Source: Cycas panzhihuaensis (lineage: Eukaryota > Plantae > Cycadophyta). From it: 64,000 nucleotides of DNA. The first letter of the stretch is position 1; each line of letters opens with the position of its first letter. Below the pieces are notes generated by a model. It made no database searches, was not told the origin of the DNA, and saw nothing but the letters and a program-made list of their open reading frames with translations. Location: contig CM041465.1 of the NCBI GenBank assembly GCA_023213395.1, positions 193,633,741-193,697,740 of the forward strand, in the 5' to 3' direction. Shown here in pieces: positions 52,101-64,000 of the stretch. The position numbers and the translations under genes were made by a program.

Positions 52101-55100
52101 CATGTTTCTTACCTGGTTATCATACCATTCATTGAATAGGGATAATTAAAATCTCATCATTTAAATTGGCTCTTATACACTAGTATCTAACTTTTATTCT
52201 TTGTCCATAGGTGGGTCAGATGCAATTCTTTGTGTAAAGTGTCTCTAGATACTAGGAACCTATAGCACTAAAAACTCACCCACAACCTTATTTATCATAT
52301 TTAAAGACCATATAGGTCATTCGCATAAACCTTATAGGATGTATCCCCCTTTAAATAAAGTAATCTCACCTACCAGAATGCATAGATAACTTAATGGTAA
52401 TGTAGGGTACATTATCCATATTAACAATATCTAGGATTTTATAGTTATTTATCATGATATCCAACAAGTGTTAGATCCATATTAATTAGTATTTACTCTA
52501 TTTTGTACTAGTCCCACACTCGATTGAGGTTGTTACCACATTATTAATTTATAGAACTTGTATGACCCTATCAATCTTTGATCATATAGGAACTCATATT
52601 TTAGGGGGAAAAAATCAAAACATTTATAAAGGAATTAATGGACATGAGTATTATTCAACCTAGTAAGAGCCCATATATTGCACCCATCATGTTAGTTCAT
52701 AAAATGAATGACTCATTCTAGCTTTATATTGATTATGATAAATTAAATAAAATAACCATAAAAAATAAGTTCCCTATGCCATATATTGATGATATGTTAG
52801 ATGAGATCCATGGTATTGTGGTCTTCACCAAATTATATTTATAGTTAGGATATTACCACATCCCCATCTAACCAAAAAATTAATACAAAATGACCTTCTA
52901 AACTCGCCATGGCTATTTTGAGTTTCAAGTCATGTCATCTAACCTGTGTAATACTTTGGTTGGATTCTAAGTATTAAGAAATAAAATATTCTCTCTATAC
53001 CTAAGAAAATTTGTCATTATTTCCTTTGATAATATCCTCATTTATAGCTCAAACATGCTTGCCCATATAGGCCATTTAGAAATAGTTCTCCAAACCCTAG
53101 CTATGAATAAGTTATATACCAAATTCTCTAAATATGGGCTTAGAAAACTGAACTATAATACCTTGGCCACATTATATCATCTATAGGGATTTGGGTAAGC
53201 CCCTATAAAATTTTAGTTATACTAATTTTCTAATCCCCAAGAACCTTATCTAATTATGGGCCTTCTTAGGACTTATCAAATCCTATCGATAGTTCATCTG
53301 AAATTATGTTGCCTAAACAACCCCTTTAACTAACTTGCTTAGGAAAGATTCCTTCCAATAGTCTCCCTCTGCTAATGAGGAATTCATCCACCTTAATAAG
53401 GTCATATTGACCACCCTGGATTTTGCCTCACCAAACTTTACTCATTTGTTCCAACTAGAATATGATGCATCTAGATTTGGATTGGGTGTTGTATTAATGT
53501 AGGAATTCAACCCCATTGCTTTTAAAAGTAGGAAGATAAAAGAACATGAATGTAGACTTTCCACCTACTAAAAGGAAATGTGGTTAATCCTCCATGCCAT
53601 AAAAAAATAGAAATAATATCTAATTAGGTCAAAATTTACCATCCTTACTGACCAATATGGCCTTCTTCACCTACTAGACCAACTAATCATATTAGAAGAA
53701 CAAGCTAAATAGGTTGATTACCTTCAAGTTTTTTAGTTCATAATCACCTACAAAAAGGGAAAAGATAATATTTTGGCAAATGCTCCTTCCCACCTTCTAA
53801 CCCCTACATTCGATGAGACTACTCATCATCTTGAGGATCTTACCATTCATGCCATCTCTGCTCTATAATCAATATGGATACAAGAATTGGCTTTGGATAA
53901 CTAATCCCAAATAGACTTTTCAAAATAGGCTAATAAGGTCCATAAGTAAAAGAATCAATTCATCTATAACAATCTCCTATTATGCCAAAATTGCATATTT
54001 GTACACCCATAATTAGTTTTTATTCCTAGTATTTTATTTAAATATCACTCTTCTCCATTAGGTGATCATTTAAGATTTAATATGACATATTGAAAGATCT
54101 ATTCAAACTTCTTTTAGCTAATTATAAAGTTCACCATTCTCACATTTATCTTTGAATGTGATATCTATAAGCATAATAGAGGAGATAAAAAATCCTAACT
54201 AGCTCTCCTATAATTTTTGTATATCCCATAAGGTAAGTAGTAAGATATTACTGTGGAATTTATCATGAGATTACCATTATTTATTAGGTTAAATTTTTTT
54301 CTAATAGTCATTAATAGGTTGACCAAATACACCTATTTTCTACCTATCCACACTGCCTACAAGATGCCATGCATTATAAATATTTACCTCCAAATAGTAT
54401 TTCACTTGCATAGATTTTCATCCACTATTGTATACATTTAGATGCCAAATTCACCTATTCCTTCTAATGGGAACTATTTAGAGCCTCTAGAGTATCATTT
54501 AATATGAGCTATATGTATCATCCATAGACTGATGACCAATAAGAGGTCCTTAATAAAACTCTAGAGATTTATATTATTTTGCATTTGACCACTAGTCTAT
54601 AAGTGGACAACATGGCTTGCCCTAGCCAAATACTAGTACAACTCATCACATCATTTAGCCATTAGAATACCCCTATTTTTGGCCTTATATAGGTACCTCC
54701 CACCATCCCATCACACCTTATCCACTAACTTCTGCATGTCACAGTACAACAAAAATTATAGCACACGGACCAAACCCTCAAAACTCTCAAGAAAAATTTA
54801 TCCATGACCTATAATCGAATAAAATAATTAGTAGAATACCATCATTTTGATCAGTCCTTCAAGATTGGTAAGCTTATATTCCTTTGCCCACATCCATATA
54901 AGAAATAATCCATCTAAAACTGTATAAACCATAAGCTTAGCCTTTAGTATTATGGCCAACATAAAGTCCTCAAATATATTGGTGAAGTTGCCTATGTCCT
55001 CAACCTTCCTCCCACCACTAAAATCCAAAATGTTCTACATGTTTCTTATCTCTATAAGTGTATTAGCAAAACCTATATCCCACAGATAGTTTTACTAATT

Positions 55101-55691
55101 TTGGATGAAGAGAAATCCTTTAATATTCCTCTAAAATGTATCATGGCTATTAGACAATACCATCTCTAAAATAGATCAATTTTTGAATATTTAATATAAT
55201 GGGTTAGTTATAGCATGGACTAAGCAACTTAGGAATCTCATGAGTTTGTTAAGTAGCATCCTCACCTTAAATGCTTTATGGACTTATCATCTCAAAAAGG
55301 GGGACATGTTACATAACTAGTCTTTCTAATTATATAAAACATTAACATGCGAAGAGACACCATGTGGTTAAGTGATAATGTTAATTATAAAACTTTATGG
55401 ATGCACTATTAAACAGTCTAATAAAATGTAAGGCTACTTAGTCCACTAATAGGATTTCTTGGAAAATATCTTCCTTTTTCTATTTAAGGGTTACATATTA
55501 TAGAAGATGTTTAACTTGATATTTCTCTTCTTATAAGAATTGTATTATGATACTATCTTTTGGTGATCAATTGATGCTATTATGCTCTTGAGTCCCTTAG
55601 TGATCTATCTATTCTTTTTGGTTAGATAAAGTGGTTATAAATCATCTATTTTCTACCATTATAAGAAGAGTATTTAAGAAGAAACATCCCA
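49107..55691 (+). mobile_element. Older Reina-like chromovirus, same lineage as 24806-31236
   Basis: LTRs 49107-49492 and 55307-55691; degenerate PBS 49495; PPT aaaaaggggg; gag-pol ~50750-55300 colinear with the younger copy (YHKINIPTFD, FMDDGILLNFIDISIAR, LEYDASRFG, chromodomain); TSD unclear. Confidence 0.92.
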
Positions 55692-56079
55692 TTAACTTAC
55701 TCCTTTACAACTTACAATTCCTTATACTATAAACACTCCACTTCAAAAGTTACTGAGCATGCTTATTGTTGTATGGTATTTATATGGATGCTTCTACATC
55801 ACTCTATAACTTCAAATTATAATAACTTCTTGCCTAGAGTCTATTTAATACTTTTTCTACTTATTTTGAAATTGGTAATACCCTCTTCTACATGATGGAC
55901 TATTTTCATTCAAAATGTAAATAAAACATAAAATATTATTTACTTAAGATATCATAAAATTTTAATGGCTATATCAACTTCCTTACAATGTTCCTTCCCT
56001 ATTATTTTCTCACTTATATTATGTACTCTGCCATATAATACTATCTTATTTAATCAATCTAGTTCCATTTCTATAGTTA

Positions 56080-58969
56080 AGGGAACATAAAAAATAATTT
56101 ATAATATTATAAATATTAGGTTGTATTCATGCATAAATATAAAGGTTATGACCTTGGACAAAATCCTACAAAACTAACAACAAAGAAAGTGCATCCTTAT
56201 ACCTGATAAATCATGAAATAAGCATCCATCTCATAATAATATAATCTACTCTACTAAATAGAAATTATTGCATCTAGATACTTCACTAAGCTAACTCTAG
56301 ATATGCTAAATCTAGGCAATTATATCTCCTTCCTCTTTATGAAAGTATCATCCTTGATGCATCCTCCTTTGTCTATAAAAAGATGAGGATGTTATTATCA
56401 TATTTCATCCCATGTAGATTTTTTCATGTCAAGTGCTCCCACTATGCTTTAATGTGCTTGATTCTTTAATTTCTTAATACCTTTTCTCTATGCTCCAAAA
56501 TTCAAAATGGTTCTTCATCAAATTTGAAACCCAATCCTACTTTAATAATAGTATAATCAAAGATGTATTTAGAGTTCAATAATATTTTTTCAACAAAGAG
56601 ATATGAAACACATCATAAATATTTAGGTTTAGAGATAGAGTAAGCCTATAGTCTACAAGGCCTATTTATTTTAAGATATTAAATGGACCATAATATATGA
56701 TTACAAGCTTCTTGTAATTACCTAATTTAAGTAAACTATGCCTATGTTAGACTCATAGAAAATTATGCTCCCTGACACTATATTCTTTTATTATCCTTTT
56801 TAAATCAACACAGCTCATTTATGTATCTTAAGCTACTTTCAAATATTATTAAAATTTGATAACTTACCTCTCCATTTCTTAAAGCATATCAAGATCAAAC
56901 ACATGGTAGTTTTCCAAGTTTTACTAGTTGAGTGGGGTGTTGTATAGTTAACCATATAATGTATCAAAAGGACTCATGCTCAAAGAAGAGTGGTAGGCAT
57001 TATTATAAGTAAATTCCACCAAATGTAGGTAAATGTCCCACTTGGATGGTTATTTTATCATATACATATGAAGTATGTTTTTAAGTGCTTGGTTTATTCT
57101 TTTAGTTTGCCTGTCAAATTTAAGATGATATACAGTCCTAAAGTTTAACTTCCTTCCCAACTCCTTAAATAAGGTACACAAAAATTTTAAAGTGAATTTA
57201 TCATCTCTATCTGAGATTATGACGTTTGGAATACCATGCATTCTCATGATCTCCTTCATAAAAATGTTAGCTATATCAGAATCTATATGAGTTGTGTAAT
57301 ATAAAATGAAGTATAAAAACTTAGTTAATTTATCTACAACCACCATAAAGGCATCATGTTATTTGAAACCTCTCAAGAAACTTATAATAAAATTTATTAA
57401 AATAAGATCCCACTTCCACCTTGGAATACATAATGATTGTAGCAATCTTATTAGATGTTTATGTTTAATTTTGACCCTTTGATATTGCAAGAATCTTACA
57501 ATATAATCTATAATAGTTATTTTCATAGTAGCCTAATGGTAGTGGTTTTTAACTATTATATATGTCTTTTGGTAACCTAGATAGCTTACATATTATGTAT
57601 CATAAGCTTTTTTATGATAATCGTTTGAATTTGTAATCTTATTGGTATAAAGATTTCATTTCAAACATATGTAACCCACCTTGTGCCATTAAAAAATCTA
57701 CATATTTTTGTAACAACCTTGTATTTACCTAATTTATTTTAGTCTTTATTTTTTCCAAAATACTTGTTGCTTCCTTGCATAAGTTATCATCAAGTAATGC
57801 TTCCTATATATGTTCTTTTAAATCTGATTTAGAGATGCTTATGTCTATTTCATACCTCCTTTAACTAAGAGCATCAACTACTCTATTTTCCTTTCCTTTT
57901 ATGTGGAATACTTAGAAGTCAAATTTGGAAAGATACTCCATCCAACTCCTTTATCTTACATTTAATTATGGTTATGTGAAAATATGTTTTAAGCTATCAT
58001 GACTTCTTTTTATGTTGAATGGATTCTTGTGTAAATAATGCCTCCATGCCCTTAATGCATGTATAATAATTGTTAATTCTAAGTCATATGTAGGATACCT
58101 CCTTTTATAATCTTTCAACTTTCATGATTCATAGGAAACTTGCTTTCCTATTTACATCAGCACTACCCCCATTCCTTTAATATAAGAATCTGTATAAACC
58201 ATATAATCTATATCTACACCAGGCATAATAAGGATTGGTGCCATAATAAGTAAGTGTTTTAATTATTGAAACCTTTCTTTGCATCTTCCTATCCATTTAA
58301 ACATAAATCTATTCCTCTATAATGGTGTAATAGGGTATGTTATTTTAGAGAATCCTTCCATATACCTGTAGTAGTATCCCACTAAACCTATGAGAGTTCT
58401 TACGTCATGTGTAATCATTAGTGAGGGCCATTTTATAATTTCTATAATCTTTCAATAATTAATAAAAATCCTTGTTTCTAAAATAACATCCCCTAGAAAG
58501 TACACATCCTCCTTATAAAATTCATATATACTTAGATTGGCATATAACTTATTATTTTCAAGTAGTTGAACATGATATGCAAATGCTCTTCATGCTCTTC
58601 TTCAAATTTTTAGTAAACCAAGATGTCATCAATGAATACAATAATAAAGTTGTCTAAGTATTTTCTAAATATATAATTCATCTAGTATATAAATATAGTA
58701 AATACATTAGTTAATACAAATGACATTATTAGAAACTTATAATACACTTACCTTATCCTTAAGAAAGCTTTGAAGACATCTTTCTCCTTGATCTTGATTT
58801 GATAATATCCAAACTTTAAGCCTATTTTAGTAAACAACCTAGATCCTTTTATTTGATCTAATAGATCTTTAATTATGTGTAAGGGATATTTATTCTTAAC
58901 TACATATTTATTCAAATATCTAAATTTATTACATAATATCAAAATCTCATCTTTCATCTTTATAAAAAG
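56080..58969 (-). mobile_element. Decayed Tekay-like gypsy pol (RT-RH-INT-chromodomain), PPT and 3' LTR remnant; 5' part cut by an insertion at 58970
   Basis: KNKYPLHIIKDLLDQIKGSRLFTKIGLKFGYYQIKI, IVFIDDILV, YPTYDLEL, VVVDKLTK..HGIPNVIISDRDDKFT, YGPFNIL, KA*WEH; PPT aaagaggaaggaga ~56340-56326. Confidence 0.9.
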
Positions 58970-61427
58970 TGTTTGAATTAATGTTTGTACAATAATTAAA
59001 GTATAATGTTATCTTGAAAAGATTATGTATTTATTTAATTATTATATTAAAAGTTTACTATATGGATCATTTTCTATTATAACATCCTTGTATTATTTCT
59101 CTCATTAAAAATAGGAGAGCCACTTCATATAATCTTCTATGGAAGAGAGACAAGGAATGAGATCCTATTAAGTTTTGTATTATGCATTACGATGTTAATA
59201 TATTTTTCTATTCTAAGGTGGTTTTCCTTCCCTTGAAGGGGTTTTCCACATGTCCATATGTTGAACAATCTAGATGTATGATTTATATAATTGATTTAAT
59301 TTACCATTCTCCCTCTCCAACATGGTATCAGAGTGGGAATATTGAATAAAAGTTATCCTAAATACAAAATCAAACTAGGTTGCATGCATTGCTAGTTGCA
59401 TTAAGGAGGGTCTGGTCCCTTCATCAAATTGAAGATCCAAGTGTTTTGTATGCAAATCACTCCAAAAACGTTAAGTATGCAGATCACCTATCCAAAAAAC
59501 CTACAAATAAGGGTAGTAATAGAAAGGAAGTAGAAGCATATAACATTACGAGCACCCAGAAGAAGAACTAGTCCTAAAAGAGGTATCTGTTACAGTCATA
59601 GTCCTTTCTTATATAAAAGACAACTTATACCTAGACTGCCCATTGCTCCCATAAGTCTTATACCATACACATCATTCTAGTTATCACATTGAAGATGTAG
59701 CTATTATACACAAGACACAATTGAAGATAGCATAAATGATTCGCCATAGATATAGATAAAAAAATCTAAATAAATAGGGAGTATAACATTAAGAAGGAAT
59801 AAGCCATCTCTTGATATAATGAGTTAAAGTTTGAAGGTTAGTGAATACTTGTCACAACATCCATCCAATTCACATTGGAATTCTATGCTCTTCTTTGGAT
59901 GAAAACATAGCTCCTACCCATTGATATTTCTACCACAATTGAGAAAGAAGAAGCCATAAACGTTGTCATATCCCTCACATAGTGAATACATCATTATAGG
60001 TGATCATTCATCTATCGATATGCCCATGAAAATGTCCATCCATCATGTTTCCATCGCTATGAAGCCAACACCATGCCATTACTATCGTCTAAGTATGATC
60101 GATGCCATTAAACCATAGATGGAGCCCAAGCCATTATGCCTTCAAAGATAAAGATGCCATGATAAAGCTGCCACAGCCATAACTCCTACAAGATGAAGAT
60201 GAAGTTATTCAAATTGTTACAGCCCTACATAAAAATATTTGTTTGAAGCCCTAAAATATTTAGTGTAAAGTTCATTCAGTGCTCTTTTTTTTTTGCTTTG
60301 ATGGATTCAAATCAATTATATAATGTAGCATAATCATTTTACAAATGCAAAATGATTTCAATTTTATATTTTTTTTTCAACTCTACATCCCCCTCTCTAC
60401 TTAGCCCATGGTTATTTTAATTACCTATATGACCTTGTTTCTTATATGAAAGGGGATTAATTCCTTATTTTTTAGCCCCCTCATATTTTGTTAAGGGGTA
60501 GCCTATATGTTTTTAGTAATATCTTCATAATTTAGAGTCCAAATTCAAAACCGAATGTTGCATTAGATTCCTGACTTAGAGACCTTCATTTTGATAGTTA
60601 TTTAAGCCTTTTCGAAATCATTTTATGGGGCAAATATTCATCCAAAGTCAACAAAGTGGATTGCATCCAAGGTAACTATAGATATGTAACTTCAATTATT
60701 AATTTTCTTTATATTTCCATAATAATTTTAATTTAATTTAATAATTTTAATTTAATTTAATAATTTAATCATTAATTATTAAATTTATGAATTAACATCA
60801 TTATTATACCCCTCTATTTTTAACAAATTCACTTAATTAATTAGTATTAATGTGATTATTATTCTAATTTTATTTGCTTACAAATAAGATTATAACTTGC
60901 ATAATATTCTTATAAATTTAATTTAATCCTTAATATTTATTTTTGTAAGTGTATTTTTAAATAATACAAATAATAAAAGTGAATAAAAGCTATACCCCCT
61001 CTTATTTCGTTTTCAAATTACACAATCTATTTGTAAAACATCATTGTATCTTTATTTTCATTAATTTAATACTATTATATCTTAATTTTAAAATAAAATT
61101 ATTATGATAATAATTATTTCACATTTTATGTTTGTGGTTTGATTTAATATTATCATAATTTAGAAGTTTATTTAGTCATGCATCTTATCTTTTTATTTTT
61201 AATAAAGAGAATCTCTAATGTATCTCAGGTTATCTTCATATTTTTTTATTCAAATACATATATTTATTTTTCCAAAATGGATTGTATGCCTAGGATCATC
61301 CCCTCTACCAAAATTTCAGTTCTAAATTATTCAAATTATACTAACTAAAAAGTCAAAGTATCTAATCAGCTTAAACAACAAAAGCTATGATAGTACATAA
61401 CAAGGGAGTTTAAAAAACCTTTAGATA
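58970..61427 (+). mobile_element. LTR (58970-59322) + PBS + long non-coding leader of another probably non-autonomous element
   Basis: TGTTTG...CCAACA followed by tggtatcagagtggg (59323); no recognisable TE protein; gccat-rich repeats ~60000-60180 and AT-rich 19-mer repeats 60720-60770. Confidence 0.7.
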
Positions 61428-64000
61428 TGATAACATATGTCTCCATGATCTATCTAATTATTATGTACCCAACCTCCTTATAGTATATCTACCTTCTTAT
61501 ACAATTTTCATTATGTATCTTCTTCATCTTCTCTCTCTCTCCATTAGTCTCTTATTTTTCTCTTATTATAATTATCCCACATGCATGAGTTAAGCGGGAT
61601 AAGTAACTCTAGTAGTCTTATATATGTGTAACTCCACAATTATAATAGGCTTGAAGAATATTACCACATTGTATAGTTAGGAGGTTACCCACTCAAAGAG
61701 GCCCATTACTATAAGTTCTCTTTTATGATCAATAAAGTTTCTTGAGATTTCCTTGTAAATTATATTCTTATTAATTGTTAGGATTATGGTAAGGGTACTT
61801 GTAAGTGGTATCAAAGCTCTTTCTAGGGCTATTTCTAGAGTTTTTTTTTTTTTTTTCTTTTCTCCTTGGTATCTTACCATAATTATCTATTGTATGCTCT
61901 CACCTTGCCCTCATGGGATCTTGGTGATCAAAAAGCAATCAAAGTGGTGGGGTACAAGAAGGATGATAGGGAGATTTTTATAGTATTTTAGAGATATGGT
62001 AGTAAGTGGCATTTTCCGTCCCTTCCCTCATTATTCTTCTTGTAATGGTTCTAAGGGTAGATAACTCTACTCAACACCTACCTCTTGGTTAGGTTAAAGA
62101 CCTTGGCCTAAGGGTCTTATAATATCCTAGTAAGCTATTATTTCTAGCCCATCATGCCTGCATATTAAAGATTGTGTTCTAGGATTTAGACAACAGTTAT
62201 TATGGGAATGAGCTTCCATGTACTTTGAGTATATTAAAAGATCCCTTCTAGGTATTCTTGAACCCATCTTAGTGAGCCATCAAATGTATGTTATCTATGA
62301 TACACTAGTAAGTAGTTAGCCCTAGGAAGTTACTCTCCACATACCCTAAAGAAGGGACAATACTATTGTAGAGTAGAGCACAACCTCTACGATGGATATT
62401 ATGTATGCCTAGGATCAATATATCTGAGGGCCTATAGACCAAACACTCATTTGAAGGTAGGAAACTACATCCATATATTTTTTTCTATAAGAGAGTCGAA
62501 ACAAAGCTATTAAGAAGGGTTTTAATTAAGGGTCCAAGTAGGGTACGAAACTTTTGAACTAAATATCTGTGATCTAAGAGGGATTTAGAGGTATTATCTA
62601 AATTGAATTTAATTAAAGGCAAAAAAATAAAAAAAACTTTAAGATTGAGCTAAGATAAGGAAAAAGAATAGCCTCTAAAATCATCATCCCTAAATAGAAC
62701 TCTGATCTCAATGAGGCCATTACTACATTAGAGAAGAAATTGATGACAAAGTATAGGGCCTTATAGATTGACTTAAAGGAATGGAAGGCTAAGAGGACCA
62801 CATTAAGGAGTTTATGATTAAACTAATAGACAAGGGTACCACTAGTAAGGATAACCCAATGAAAGAAGAGAACCACCCTTGCAAAGGGAAGGAAAGGATA
62901 AATTTTCATATAGATAATGAACTCTTTGATAATAAACATGGGAGACCAACCTACCTCCTAAAGGTATAGCCAAAAGAATTCAATAATGCTAATGTTTAAA
63001 TTTAGGTATCCTAGATGGAGTAGTATTTTTGTCTTTATTAGGTCCCCAATGACAAGAAAATAGTAATAGCCTCCTTGTACATAGAGTCTGAGTCATACTA
63101 ATGGTACTAATATATAAAAAAAAGGTTAGTAGTCTCAATTATGGATGGAATAATTTCATGAAAGACTTGGAGACCTAGTATGAAAACACTTTGGATAATG
63201 ATTATTATATTCAACTTACAAAGATTTGACAGGAGGGGATAGTTTCAAAATACACCTCTATATACCAACATCTCTCTAAATGAGTTAACAACCTTAGTGA
63301 AGAGTAAATACTAGAATTATATATTAGTGGCCTTTAAGATGAGGTTTAATTATGAGCTTCACCTCTTGAACCTCAAATGATCACAAAAGCCATCAAGATA
63401 GGATACTATATTGAAGTAAAGAGCAAGGCATTCTGACAACCAATGCAACTATATACAAATAGAAGAATATAATCATATGCCCTAATTACATCATAGTCAC
63501 CAATTATTTACTAAATGAAAACCTAGAAAATAAACAAAAAAAGGTTAAAAGCTCTCTATTTCTGATGCAACTAAAAATAACATAAAGAATACCAATGTGT
63601 AAAGAAATAATTATTTATTATTGAGAACATAAATGAGGACACATTGAGGAAGAATATGCTTTAGAATAGTCATATGAGGATAGTCAAAATCTTCAAGGCC
63701 ACCAAAAGCATTAGTATATGAGGAGGAGGAAATAACAATAATTTCAATCCATGCTTTAGTAGGAATTACAACCCCACAAACCTTCAAAATCATTAGATAC
63801 ATTAAGAAATAAAGGGTGGTAGTATTAATTGATTCTGATAATACCTATAATTTTATTAATAAAAAATTAGATGAAGAACTCACTTAGTTTATATATCTAG
63901 TAAAAAAGATATAGGTCATGGTCACCCATGGAGAACACTACCATATGGGGGGAAATGCCACAATGTTTGTGTAACGAACCATTACACTAAAACCTCAAGG
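61428..64000 (+). mobile_element. 5' part of a third Reina-like gypsy (LTR ~61428-61803, PBS, leader, gag, protease)
   Basis: PBS tggtatcaaagc 61806; gag PKEFNNANV..ME*YF..KKIVIASLYIE..WY; protease VVVLIDSDNTYNFINKK ~63815; LTR left end approximate. Confidence 0.85.

Overview
AT-rich, intergenic DNA from a large-genome land plant, made up almost entirely of decayed, nested retroelements. A gymnosperm is likely, inferred from the element families and pervasive CG/CHG deamination. There is no intact host gene and no intact element ORF. Resolved content: two Tekay-like Ty3/gypsy fragments (-), three Reina-type chromoviruses (+; 24806-31236, 49107-55691, ~61428->end), two Ty1/copia elements, two 5'-truncated L1 LINEs with RNase H and TSDs, several gag-only non-autonomous LTR elements and a ~760-bp (AT)n tract. 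A four-level nest spans 21702-40088. Two items stand out. (1) A gag-only LTR element (23566-36182, TSD CCAAA) carries antisense host cargo, including an apparently intron-less fragment of the DNA polymerase theta (TEBICHI/POLQ) polymerase domain fused to a second coding-like fragment. This cargo lies between a canonical splice donor and acceptor, next to a CpG-retaining patch and the (AT)n tract. (2) A minus-strand gypsy-derived element (~2340-7410) has a pol reduced to an RNaseH/integrase-like remnant, followed by ~3.4 kb of cargo coding sequence with a ParB/sulfiredoxin-like (DGNHR-type) motif and a transposon-accessory domain. All protein assignments come from hand translation and motif recognition; no searches were run.
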